A stretch of 64,000 bases of DNA, taken from positions 5,644,001 through 5,708,000 of the forward strand of contig NC_087438.1 in the NCBI RefSeq assembly GCF_036321535.1, written 5' to 3'. Both the position numbers and the translations under genes were made by a program. Positions 1 through 12,795 of the stretch are shown one piece after another. The notes below the pieces were generated by a model. That model saw only the letters and a list, made by a program, of their open reading frames with translations, made no database searches and was not told where the DNA came from. The stretch is from Camelus dromedarius. Lineage: Eukaryota. The stretch's first letter is position 1, and the number at the start of each line of letters is the position of its first letter.

Positions 1-2107
1 CCGGGAATTGAAACCCAGAAATCAAAGGATGTGGACAGCAAACTGATCTTCTCAACGTGTTTTGAGAGTTTTCATTTTTCACTTTTATGCTTTACTGGAA
101 TTCATTCATCAGATTTGTAGACCATCCCGGCTACTCAAATGAATAATAGGTTTTTCTTGTTTATTTACAGACAGATTTAGATTCAGGCATGGTGTGTGTT
201 ATTAACTTAATGAGCCAGTAATTCTATGTATCTAATAAATCCTTTGGGCTTTTTTCAATTATATCTATCATTTTTCCAATGGTATTGTCAGGGGAGATAA
301 TAAATATTGGTTAATCTCAGATCTTAGGGACATCAGAGAAGTGTTAAGATAAAGGTCACTAAATTCATGAGTTTACCACCACGGGTTAGACGTTTTGCTA
401 ATTATAAATCCTCATGTAAGAAAAAAATTTAATGCAGTTTTAATTATAAGCATGATTTGAAAAATCTTTGTCAGCTTTCAGTAGCTGTTAAGTTTTGGGA
501 ACCCGGCTTGAGAAATAAGAAGTAGCTAAATCGGTGGACGTCTGCTCCGGGCTGGAAACCACTTCAGCATCTGTGTGCCCCTCTTTCCCCCCTCTCTCCC
601 ATGGAAAGTTAATACCGAACTACGGTGCTCAGCAGTAGATTTATTTTAATTGCATAGGTCATGAGTTTTCAGTGAAAATAACTAAAATATATTGGATTGA
701 GCCAAAGAAGATCTCAGGAAATGAGATTTTCCTTAGTATAACAACGTGGTGATGTTCAGTTTAAATTATAATACCTGAGAGGGATCCATACAGAATTCTA
801 ATTGAACGAGAATTCTGACCCAAATATCGCGAGAAAACTGTGTGACCGCTTACCCTACCTTCCCCAAAGGACTTGTTCTCACCCGTTTCTTTAAACCACA
901 ACTTTCAAAAGACTAGAGTGTAATACTTTTCTAAGCTTTTCGTGTAATTTCTCATGTGTCTCTCATGAGGGAAGTAGATCAGTCTGATGGATTTTGTGGC
1001 ACTTGGTCAACATAAGTAAGTGTTTTCCAAAATAATGTAGATTTCCTTTAATATCTAATTTGAAGAAGTTTTTCAGAATCCAATATTCACATTAAGCGAA
1101 ATCGGTGCTATTGATTCACTGGATATTTTGAGGTTTAAATACAAACAGGATCATCACATGTGAAGATCTCACCCTGGCCCTTTTGACACTGGTCTGATAA
1201 TATCCTCACAGGAGATTTTAAATTTCTTAGTTATTTTGGAAAGATTATGTGAGTGAAAGGGTGAAACAAATGGCTATAGTTTCCTCAAGTAATTGAAGTC
1301 AACTAAAGAAGTCAGGCCGAAGGGTTCCATTTAAAGCATGCACTCAGACTTCCACAACAACGGTTCCAATGTCAGGGGACGGAAGGATTCAGGGAAGTGG
1401 CCCGACCGACAGCAGCATTTTGTTGATGTTGATCATAATGATAGTTTGGCATTTACTGGGCGCCTCCTCTACTCCAAGCTTTATGACTCATGATTTATAA
1501 ACATCTCATTGACTCCTTAGGTTTTATGAGTGAAGTCGATTTCCACAGGACACCTGGAGGGCGCGCCTCGCTTGCTGCAAAACTGCCATGTCCTTTGCCA
1601 ACCCCAGGACTCCCCACTTCACAGCCCATCCTCTCCGCCCTCGAAGTTAATTGCATTTGCAGCTCACCTTTGAACAGTTTGGCTGGGCTGAGTGTTTTCA
1701 CAAATGACTAACCTCAAAGTCAAAGTTAGTGGGCCCACCGATTTGGCACAGGATTGATCTGAAACTATTTTACTCATTATTCTTGATGGAAAAAAAATTT
1801 TCTTGTTTTCAGTACTCCCTTTACCACTAGATCAGATAAAGAGAACATAAATTTTTTCCCCCAAAGTAAATACACTCCAAATTTAACTCTAGTGATTTCC
1901 GTCAAAAACATACAAAAATGGTAACAAAATAATTGACCTTACTCAAGCTTTCAGTAATAGAAAATTGTTTGAATAAAATATGGCTCATCCACAAGATAAA
2001 GTGCTATGCTATCATAGAAATATGTAAGGGATAATATTTATGTAATACTGTAAAATGATTTTCAAGTTGAATAATGAATTGTTTGCTACTGTTTGCCTAA
2101 GAAAAGG

Positions 2108-2253
2108 GATACATACATACATAATTACATATGTGCACACATACACATATATACACATAGTACACACACATAGCACATCCACATCCACATGCATAAATGT
2201 CTATGTGTGTGTATATGTGTATATATGTGTATATGTGTATATATGTTTATATG
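2108..2253. repeat. Compound (CA/TA/TG)n low-complexity microsatellite
   Basis: acatacatac...tatgtgtatatatgtgt alternating purine-pyrimidine tract. Confidence 0.9.
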
Positions 2254-2665
2254 TTATTCTAAGTGAAGTAAATCAAAGAGAAGGAAAAATACCATATGAT
2301 ATCACTTACATGTGGAATCTGAAAAAAAAAAAAAGACAAACTTATTTACAAACCAGAAACAGATTCACAGACATAGAAAACAAGCTTATAGTTACCAGGG
2401 CAGGAAGAGGGTAGGAAGGGATAAATTGGGAGTTTGAGATTTGCAGATGCTAACTAATATATACAGAACAGATAAACAACAATTTTATACTGGATAGCAC
2501 AGGGAACCATATTCAATGTCTTGTAGTAACTCATGGTGAAAGAGAATATGAAAATGAATATATGTGTGTTCCTATATGACTGAAGTGTTGTGCTGTGCAC
2601 CAGAAATTGACACAACATTGTAACCTGACTATATTTCAATAACAATATACTAAAAAATGAAAAAA
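2254..2665 (+). mobile_element. 5'-truncated young L1 (ORF2 end plus 3'UTR), cetartiodactyl/camelid type
   Basis: ctaagtgaagtaaatca...atcacttacatgtggaatct...gcaccagaaattgacacaacattgtaacctgactatatttcaataa then A-rich tail; same family as 31298-31355 and 58350-59080. Confidence 0.9.
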
Positions 2666-3298
2666 GAGGGAAGTATAAACTGTAAAGTTTAGGAGAATGA
2701 TTATCAGTTGGAAGCACAGAGGAGACAGGGATGGAAGTGGTCCTTTCCTTTGTAGACTCAATTTTGAGAACAAGTGGGTATTTAAACAATTATAAGACAA
2801 AATTTAAAGAAGGGAATCAGCAATTGAAAACAAAGTGACAATGAAATGAGGGACCTGTGTTTTGAGTTGGTGGCATAATCACACAGAGAAACTCTTCCAA
2901 ATGTCTTTAAAACAGTAATTTGATGTGATCTGGAGTGGTTCTCTAGTGAGAATAGGAGAAGAAAAAGTTGGGGACACCTAATGTAGACGACCCTTTTGAG
3001 GTGTTTTGTAATAAAGGTGGATAGATGAATGACAGAGTGGCTAAATCAGGCTGTGGGGTCATGGGAAAATATACAGTGATGTATAAACACACATACAACC
3101 AGGTAGACACATGTATACACGCACACACTGGAGTCTAGACCTGTGCAGATCAAGCCCATGTTGTTCAAGGGTCAACAGCATTTAGTTTGGATGATACTCA
3201 AACGTGAGCATGATTTTATGCTGATAATTGGCTCATGAACAGTTTGATCTTTGGCAAATAATTTAATTTCTTGTTTTTTTTTTTCCCGGCTGTAAAAT

Positions 3299-3955
3299 TG
3301 TTGCTGGTAGATGTAACTGGTGTCCAGGTTCTTGTCCCAAATCCAAGAAAGATTCCAGAGACAGGACGCGGAGGCTAAGAAAGTAAAGTGGGATTTATTA
3401 AGGGATGAACAGTACACTCTCAAGGTGAGAGCAGGCAGGTTCAGGTGAGTGGTTGCCCTGAGTTTCTTTGGCAAGTTGGTTGCATAGGGTGTGAAAATGA
3501 ATGGGTGGAATATTCACTGGGGAGGGAAGGGTTTGGGCTCATATTCACTGATTTTCATCCCAGCTCCACCTTCCTGAGGGGAGGATGGATTTCTGTCCTT
3601 ATCTAATCTTGATTGGAAGTGTTCTGGCGTCGGTGCATGATGGGTACTTCTAATCTGCAAGGCTAATTTATTGAAATGAGGGCATAATGAGCGAGAGGTT
3701 ACCTTCGGGCACTGGAGGTTCCTGCCTTTTCCCACCTTTCTTTGTCTGCCTCCAGGCCTCTCATCACTCCAAAATGTGTGACCCCTTATCAGCCCAGAGG
3801 TTCCTGCTTTTCCTTCTCTGCCCAGGGACCCCTGGTGCTTACGTGATGTGGGGTTCCCTGCATTTGGCCTGAGCCCCTCCTTTCTGCCCAATGCCTGCCG
3901 TTTGGCCTGCGTCTTGCTGTCTCTGCTCATATTGAACTATCTGCCTGCTCTAACA
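3299..3955 (-). mobile_element. ERV1-class solo LTR
   Basis: TGTTG...TAACA termini; 4-bp TSD AAAT/AAGT (1 mismatch); reverse polyA signal (tttatt) at about 3394. Confidence 0.8.
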
Positions 3956-4961
3956 AAGTGGGACAAAATCTTGCTCACGAGTTTGTAATCATGATTAAAT
4001 TACATAAGGTAAAGTCTACTGGGTGCTGAGAAGGGTGACTGACTCCCAGCAGTCCCTCTGTAAACAGAAGTCCTCATTTCTTTGCTTCTTCAGTGAATAA
4101 GCCAACACGCAATGGCCGCACATTATCCGGTGTGTAAGTCAGTGTGTGAGAAGCACTGGGATGCACAAATCACCCCGGATCCATTAGGTCCTGAGGAGGC
4201 TTGTGGTCTTCTTGGAGAGCACCTGGGTGCTGCAGTTAATTGATTATGAGATCCCATATAACGACTCTTCTAGGATTTCCGTTCCAGGAAAAGCTCTCCC
4301 TTCCATGTCAACTCATGCTTCAGATTTTATTTTTACTGCCACTTTACAGTAATAGCTGATTACTGCATCTCATTAATGCTACAGAAACTACAAAAGGAAT
4401 GACTATATCCATTATGGAGGTGGACAGATAACTTTTAGCTGCTCAGTGATTCTGGCCCCATCCCCTGGGTGTGCGCTTCCCGCCACGGGGCTGGCTTGTC
4501 CAGGGGCGAGGAGTCGGCTGGGCTGAGTGGTCGCTGAGGCTTGCTTCTCCTCCTTGGCAGTCCAGGCGCTGCGTCCCGACTGCGCAGGGCTGGGCATTTG
4601 CCAGCTGTGAAAATTATATGATCTAACGTATTTCCCAGGACACTAAAGCCTGAATTCAGTGTCAGCTACATAATCCACTGTATTGGGTGTCTCGTATTGT
4701 TCCTCTCCTGTTCTTTCTTTTGTATTGATCTTTATTATTTGAAATCTCCTTTGCTGTTTTATATTACATTTAATTTCACAAAAAATTCAAAATTTTAAGA
4801 AGTGAAGGGGTATGTCTCAAAAATAAACACAAGATATTTCTTTCATGTATTTTATGTGTCCTTTAGTAATCAGAAGAAATTATGAGACAAAAATGCTTAT
4901 ATTTAAAGAAAAATAGCAACATAAAATCTTCATATTTATACTGTATGTACATGCATATACA

Positions 4962-4984
4962 TAGATAGATAGATAGATAGATGA
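4962..4984. repeat. (GATA)n microsatellite
   Basis: tagatagatagatagatagat. Confidence 0.9.
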
Positions 4985-6888
4985 TGCCCTTTTCCATCTT
5001 TTCTATGAGTGAGAGTTGATACTGCCACAGTCTTTAATGAGAATTTAAATTTAAACTCATTTTAACTACTGAAATAGGGACTACTGGTTAATATCATGGC
5101 ACTAGTAAAAACCAGAGTTACCGTGGATTTATGCTATTTAATTATGACGCTTTCTTGTTTTATAATCCCTGAGTATAATAGAGCATGTGCATCAGTACAC
5201 AGTGCCCAGGCCAGGCTGTGACTCTGGGGGCACTGGGAGTGCACAGCACAGAGCATCTGGGAGGTCATCTGCGCGGGTGCAGTGGGAGGGCCACCACCAG
5301 GCTCGGTGCTGGCACACCCGGGAGGGACTCAGCCATGTCAAGGCCAAGGACAGACGCTCCGTGCAGATGGACCAGCTGGCTAGGGGGCTGACAGACCTCA
5401 GAGTCTGCAAATGTCAATCCCTAACTGAGTTAAATAAATCTTAGATGTGACTGAAGATTTACCCCCACATAAGAGTGTTTAAGCCAGAATGCTTGGATCA
5501 GTCTTAGTTTATTACTCAATAAAATTTTGTTTTCCCATTGTGGGGTGGAGCTAGGACTTTGTCAAAGAAAAATGTGTTCTGTTATAACATTAAAGTGAAC
5601 TTCATCATTGACCTGGTCGACATACATGCCTGAGGTCTAGTAAATCATGCCTGGGACACAGGTCACACAGTAAGAAGGCATGCATTTGAACACATCTTTT
5701 GCTCTTCTTCTTTTGTTTTTCACCTTTCATCCAGAGGTTATGTGTCTTTCCATATGGGGAGATACCAGTCTTTGCAAAATCCTCATTCCCATTTCCCATG
5801 GCCCCATACCCTTATATTATGCAGGGTGTCACAGATGACCCTGTGGCCACACACCACTGAAATTTCCTAGTGAGGGGTTCTTATCAGCTCCTCAGGAATG
5901 AAATTTAAAGCAGATTGTATAATTTACTTCACCTCTAATGCCCTTTCTTATCCTTTGCTTTCATGTTGATTAATTGTCCTTCAACATTTTAGGGTCTTTG
6001 TGTTCTTTATGTTTTAGGAAATTTGGGTGATTGCAAATAGATTTTCTAGGTGTAGGACAGGCTGTCAACATCTCAGCATATGCAATGAAGTAACAAAACA
6101 CAAATACCATTTTTGAGATACCCTAGAGCTTCCTCAGTTCCATCAGTTTCCATTCAAGCCAGTCCATGCCTGACTATGAAGGCAAGAATAGAATCTCTGA
6201 TTTCAATAAACATAACTTTTATATTAAGGCTCTTAAAAGCTTACCAGTAACAACATCATTTCTAGTGGAATTAACTGTGGTCTTTATTTTTGGGATTTCT
6301 CTGCATTCTCTTAGTTTTGGGAAAAGTAAAGCCAGTGGTGCTCATTTTACATAAGGACATAGTGAGGTCGTGTCCATCTTTGATGTTGATATTTTTTTTC
6401 ATCTGTACAAGAGATAAAGGAACACTCCAACCTCAGATTCCATGGTTTGGAGACGTCTAAAGCCTTCACACTTTCCTGGCTCCCAGGCACTTCCTTTCCT
6501 ACAGCCCCATGGTTTGGGGTTTGGCTCTTACTAAACCTTTGTGATCTCTAGGCTGCCCCATGGTGACTGAGACACAAGCCTCAACACTTCTCCAAATGGG
6601 GCACCAAGAGCCCCTCAGCCAGGGGGACTCAGCGGTAACTCTGTGGGGAATCTGGAGGAGAGCTTTTACAACAAACTCCACAGAAAATGGTCAGCAGTCC
6701 CACTACCTGGACATTTCTGTGCTGTCCGGTCTCTTATGACCTCCAGCCAAGAGGCGCGGCTCCTCATGCCTCCTCTCCCACGACAGCTGCTAAATGAATT
6801 CAGGAATGGATCAATCTATTGTGGGAATGCATGAGGAGGCATGCGTGTTGAAATGTTATCCTAACCTGTATACATTTAAAAACATGAG

Positions 6889-7760
6889 ATAGGCATATGA
6901 AAAGGTGCTCAACATCGCTCCTCATTAGAGAAATGCAAATCAAAACTGCAATGAGGTATCACCTCACACTGGTCAGAATGGCCATCATCAAAAAGTCTAT
7001 AAATAATAAATGCTACAGAGGGTGTGGAGAAAAGGGAACCCTCCTACACTGTTGGTAGGAATGTAAACTGGTGCAGCCACTATGGAAAACAGTTCGGAAT
7101 TTCCTTAAAACAACTAAAAATAGAGTTAGTATAAGATCCAGCAATCCTGGGCATAAATCTGCAAAAGATAAAAACTTTAATTTGAAAAGATACCTGCACC
7201 CCAATGTTCATAGCAGCACTATTTACAATAGCCAAGGCATGGGAACAACCTAAATGTCCATTGACAGATGACTGGATAAAGAACTTGTGGTATATATACA
7301 CAATGGAATATTCCTCAGCCATAAAAAAAAGAAATATTGCCATTTGTAGCAACATGGATGGACCTAGAGATGATCATACTAAGTGAAGTAAGTCAGACAG
7401 AAACAGACAAACATTGTATATCATTTATATGTGGAATCTAGAAAATAATGCAAATGAACTCATTTACAAAACAGAAACAGACTCACACACACAGAAAACA
7501 CACTTATGGTTACCAAAGGGGAAAGGAGGGGATAAATTAGGAGTATGGGATTAAAAGATTCACACTGCTGTATTTAAAGCAGATAAATAACAAGGACCTA
7601 CTGTATAGCACACGTAACTATATTCAATATTTTGTAATAATTTATAATGGAAAAGAATCTGAAAAAGAATATATATAAACATACATAACTGAATCACTTT
7701 GCTCTACACCTGAAACAATATTGTAAATCAGCTATACTTTAATTAAAAAAATAAAAATTA
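6889..7760 (+). mobile_element. 5'-truncated L1: disrupted ORF2 C-terminus plus 3'UTR and A tail
   Basis: ORF 7204-7386 [19 protein letters not shown]...WYIYTMEYSSAIKK is typical of the L1 ORF2p C-terminus; frameshifted relative to 7071-7253 (MQPLWKTV..); A-rich tail; possible TSD aaaaacatgag/aataaaatgag. Confidence 0.95.
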
Positions 7761-10700
7761 AAAATAAAATGAGGTGGTGTTAGCTCTACTTGGGGAAAAG
7801 TGGAAAAAACAGACTTTTTGGAAAGATTCGTTCAACTAACTGTTATTTGCTGGGATTGTGTTATTTAATGCTGATTTCACTGTTTAACCTCCAAATGCTT
7901 ATGCTGATACAGAGTCAAAATGTCTTTTATTCAGTCCCTTATCATGCCTTCCAAGTTCACTTAGGCCTTTTAATACAGCAAACAAAATGTCATGCATTTG
8001 AGAAATCTGTCACTGAATCAGCCTGTCCAACTGTGGCTTTATTGCTTTTTGTACCGCTCTGGAGGAGTTTAAAGAAAGACATGGAAAGACAAAAGAAAGA
8101 GCTTGTGTATATAGTTGTCTCAATAAAATAGCATTTTTCTAACCATAGGCCTTTTTGGGAATATAAAATCATATAAAATGTTTGCTTTCCTAAAATGTGT
8201 ATAATCTACCTTCGGTACTATATGCTGTATATATTTTTTGGATTTTATTTGTTCTTTTAGATATATTTTCTCTCCTAGCAAATAGAATAAAATGGAAAAT
8301 TCTGTGTGATTCCAGGACACAAGCAACATATTACATAAACCCAGTTTCACGATTTACAAAACTGCATTGGCTTATGTACGTTTTTCATGTTAGGAATCTG
8401 AGGGAAAGCAGAAGTTTGAACATGAATTAACAGAAAGAAAAGCACACATCTGCACTTGATTTCCTTTTGGTTTGTTTGTTTTCTCTAACCTGCTTCCTCA
8501 TATCCCTGTCTAAGAAACTGTAAAGTTAGCACGAAACAAAATTCTCTGCAGGAATAGGGGGATACGAATGGGTATAAAAGTCATATAGTTAATATATTGT
8601 GAAAGGCTTTTTTAACGTGAGTACGGTCTAGGGAGTGACACGCCGATTTCCGTAGAGACCTATAGAAGCCAAGCAGGGAGAGGATGCACCTGTCCAGCCT
8701 GGGGAGGGGTGGGCGTGAGCAGGTGCGCACCGGGCGGTCTGTGCCGACTGCTGCCCGGGGGAGGGGTGTCAGCTGGGAATGAAGATGCACCTCCTTTTCG
8801 AAGCTGTTGGAAATTATGGCGTATTTGGAGTGGGGAAGTGCTGTCATCAAAGGGAGACCCCAGGAAAGCTGGGCAGTGAGTGGTCGGTGTCAAGGCAGGA
8901 GAGAAAGGGGAGCAGAGGGAAGGTGCGGGCAGGGGAGGTGTTGCAATAGTCCAAGTAACAGTCTCCAAACTGGGGTGCGTGCGCCACTTCATCAAGATGG
9001 GGTATCTGTACGTTTATTTTCAAATTATCCTTTAAATGTCATCTTTTGTACTTGTTTCTTAATGTACGTAGTATGGTAGCATCTGTGTATCATTTATGGG
9101 TAAGTCAATATGGGTGCATTGTGAGGGTTCCCAGTCACTGTTTCCTGGTGGGGATTATGATCCAAAGGTGCAGGTTAGGTTAGTGGCAGGGACAGTGGAG
9201 ATGAAAGGACAGATGCAAGAAACGTTCTGTAGGTGGAGTGAGCACCTGGTCTAACGATCATTTCGACAGCTGTGGTGTGGAATGAGATGAGCGCGATGAA
9301 GTCTTCTTAACGTGTGGGCAGTCAGGACTTCTCGATTGAGAAATCAGATCATTCTTCTAGTTCCTTCTTTTACAAATCGTCACAGAGAGGCCAGTGGATG
9401 AGTTTACAAATGCACCCACCTTTATTTGCACAAGACAGTCAAGGACACAATAATTAGCTTCATCTAACATCTGAAGCTGAACTAAAGTTTTATTTTTGTT
9501 TATTCGTTTTCTGTTTTTGTTTTCTTTTTTTTTTTCACATCCCAAACTAAGATGTATTAAACTTGAGGAAAATTAAATTAGTCTGAAATTGGTCTTACAG
9601 GAAAACAAATACCAACCAAGTCTTCACTTTAAAAAAGTTTTTGACTTTTGCTTTTTCACACAGTGAACTTCTCTATGACATTAAAATATGCTTCAATTCG
9701 AAATATTGTAATTTGCATAAAATTCTTCTGACGCAAACTCTGAGAGATCCTTCACTATTGAGTCTCAAGGTATGAATAAATTTAAGATTCCACTTTAACT
9801 ACCAGAGGATACTAAAAATTATGCTCACTGCAGAGATCAGTCGAAGCCACATTTTTCTCTTCTAAGGTAGGACATATATATTACAAAAGATGGCTTAAAA
9901 AAGAAAAGCTAACATAGATAGAATTTTAAACTGTCTGTTGAAAACACCAAGTGAGCACCAATAGTTTCAGAAAATAAAGTGGGTGAATTCTAGAAACAAC
10001 ATAAAATGTTTCTGGCAATAGGGGGAAAGCCTATGTGTACACAAAGCCTGCTACACTGCTTTTCTTTCTTCCACTGACTATCAGAACAAGACTTAGGAAA
10101 TCTGCTTTGCTTTTTAGTTCCTCCATGTCTGAGTACCGTTCCATCTGAAATATGGAATGTTACAACAAAGTTAACATATGGCCTTAAATATTTGCTTAGC
10201 AATGACCTTGTACTTCTCAACCCATGCAATTAAGAGCTTTCTTCATCAGTACCTGAGAATGCTAAAAGTTGGATTCAGTTGCATGGTTTTAGCACCGGCA
10301 ACAGCTCAGATGTTGGAAGCCCACATATGACCTCTTTGTATGGAGTCATCAGTTCCCTACGCCTAACACCAAGCGTCCATCCGTAAAATGCTTCATAGGC
10401 GTGCCCCTCCAGAGCTAGTCTGAGGATTTTCCCACTAGGTCTTAAAAGACACTTGCTCAAAAGCCCCTGGAGTCCACTGCCTCTGTTTTTCTCATCACAA
10501 TTTCAAAGAAGATGCAGTGTCATTGTAAGGCAGGATGACCTTTCCCCAGGCTGTGAGACATCCATTCCAAAGGCCCTAATGAAGTGTCATTGCAAATGGA
10601 TATTGTGTCTCAAAGCAGGAAAGGAGAAAATGTCTCTTACTGCTTGTTCTCAGGGTAAGAAAGTCTGGGGGGCTGAGAAATGTCCTCTGTCTCACTGCCC

Positions 10701-11099
10701 CGGGGCACCCCCTGTGTGTCAGGGCACGTCCACATGCGAGCTCAGTAAGCAGACTCCAACAGGGCGAAAGCTGCCGGTATATTAAGGTTCTCCTTCTCTG
10801 TTTTCATGCTTCCCTTTCCAATGAGACTTAAAAGTAGACTACCCCAGCTCTGAGCCCAGCTCGCAGACATCAGGTAAAAAACAATATTAATACTGTTGTT
10901 ATAGGCATAATTCTTGGACAAAATTAAGAATAAAAGCACTTAAAGGCAGAGGATTTAGAACAAAATAGGTAAAACTATATATATCTATAGGTAATATGAT
11001 TTTATATTTTAAAAATTCACAAGAACCAATGGAAAGTAACTACAAATAACAAGAGAATTTAGTAAAACAGCAGGTTATATAATCAATAATCAATAACTA

Positions 11100-11719
11100 T
11101 GTCATTGCAGAATATAGGTTCTTGTCTTGTGCAGCTAAGAATTTAAGAGTGAGCCATAGTAGACTGAAAGTAGATTTATTCAGGGAGATACACACTCCAC
11201 GGACAGAGTGCAGTCCAACTCAGATGGCAAGGGAGGCGGCAAGGTGTGGGGGTGGTTAGATTTTATGGGCTGGGTCATTTCATATGCTAACAAGTGGGAG
11301 GATTATTCCAACTATTTTGGGGAAGGGGCAGGGATTTCCAGAAATTGGGCACCTGCCCACTTTTTGGCTTTTTATGGTCAGCCCAAGAACTGTCACGGCA
11401 CCTGTGGGTGTGTCATTTAGCACACTCTAGTATTACAGTGAGCGTATAATGAGGCTCAAGGTCTACAGGAAGTCAAATCTTCCACCATCTTGGGCTGAGT
11501 TGGTTCTAACCAGTTTATGTTATATCCTCAATTGCTCTGTCATTCTTTTTTTTTTTTTAATTTGTTTTTTGGGGGAGGTTTTTATTTATTTGTTTTTTTA
11601 CTGGGGATTGAACTCAGGACCTTGTGCATGCTAGACACTCATGTACCACTAAGCTATACCCTCCTCCTGCTCTGTCATTCTTTTAATGGTTGTGCCTTGC
11701 CCCCTTCCCTCCTGTCTCA
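11100..11719 (-). mobile_element. ERV1-class solo LTR carrying a SINE insertion
   Basis: TGTCA...TCTCA termini; TSD ACTA/GCTA; reverse polyA signal tttatt at about 11175. Confidence 0.85.
11550..11667 (-). mobile_element. Vic-1-type tRNA-derived SINE (camelid)
   Basis: Reverse complement reads ggaggagggtatagcttagtggtacatgagtgtctagcatgcacaaggtcctgagttcaatccccagt with Pol III A/B boxes and an A-rich tail; perfect 17-bp TSD tgctctgtcattctttt at 11533-11549 and 11668-11684. Confidence 0.9.
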
Positions 11720-12512
11720 GCTATACATATGCATATGTATGAAGCAAACAGAAAACATAATAGACCCATTTATAATATCACAAATTAATATAATACATAA
11801 GAAGGCAAAATTGCTAGGCATAAAATTAAACTCTAAGATCTGTTGAAGGACATGAGGTAGATCTAAACACAAGTGAAGACATTCCAGGCCTATTTTCCCT
11901 CTGGGCAGCCTTTGAGAATATGCTGCATTTCTCATACACCTCTGGCCCACCAGTCTTGGCAAAGCTCCCTTGAGAACATAGTAAGGGCTCTGTAAATCTT
12001 GTTGAACAAATGGAAAACTGGACGTTCATGTATAAATACTTCAGCACTGAATTATTTGGAAAATGTCAGATGATTAAAGTTTTATACACCATAAAAAAGC
12101 CTGGCCTGTGTCACTGTGTTTTCCTTGAGACAGAATTGTCCTTTCACATCTGTACATATATATCCTGCTTGACAAACAAGATGGTGGAGTTTTATAAATC
12201 ATATATATTTTGTATAATTACATCTTAATTGTATGTGTTGCACAACAACTTCTCCCCTTATATAATGGATTTATTTTAAATTTCTTTTAAATAGTAATTA
12301 ACTCTAGGAAGTTAAAATATTTCTCAATTGAATGATAAAATTAAACCTGGTTTACACTCAGCTTTCTGGTTCTATGATAAAATGATATGTACTCACTGAG
12401 ATATATGGAATGCTAAGTACTGCGATCAAATTTTTTAGGTTGTCCTGATCAAAATTTTATAGGAGAGTTACGGTCTGGCTGTGATTCATTGTCCTTAAGT
12501 GTCAAGCCTCTT

Positions 12513-12795
12513 TAGTGGTTTTTTTAAAAGGTAGTTAAGGTTAAATGAGGTCATAAGTTTGGGACCCTAATTTGACAGGACTGATATTTTTAAAAGAAGA
12601 GACACCAGAGGTCTCTGTCTCTCCATGCATCAACTGAGAAAAGGTTTCTGAGAACACAGCGAGGAGGCAGTTTTCTGCAAACCGAGAAGAGGGCTTTTAT
12701 CAGAAACCAATCCTGTTGACACCTTTATTTTGGATCTCTGTTTAAGCCACCTAGCCTGTGGCATTTTGTTATGCCAGGCCACGAAGAATGAGACA
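12513..12795 (+). mobile_element. MaLR LTR (MLT1A-like), internally deleted
   Basis: taaggttaaatgaggtcata...ccctaat...gactg; agaaaccaatcctgttgacacct; tttaagccacctagcctgtggcattttgttatg...gagaca. Confidence 0.8.

Larger units (their letters stand above)
1900..2790 (+). mobile_element. Old L1M-type 3' fragment, interrupted by a microsatellite and a younger L1 3' end
   Basis: Degenerate L1 3'-end-like text (gaataaaatatggctcatccacaag...) flanks the younger insert on both sides; boundaries approximate. Confidence 0.4.
10880..11880 (+). mobile_element. Old L1M ORF2 fragment split by an LTR insertion
   Basis: L1 RT-region-like text (aataacaagagaatttagtaaaacagcaggttata... and, after the LTR, ctaggcataaaattaaac...gtagatctaaacacaagtgaagacattcc). 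Confidence 0.7.

Noticed and set aside
7071..7386. ORFs resembling a real protein ([11 protein letters not shown]...)
   Set aside because: Frameshifted L1 ORF2p C-terminal remnant, not a host gene
11600..11667. tRNA-like sequence
   Set aside because: Head of a SINE with A-rich tail and TSD; not a tRNA gene
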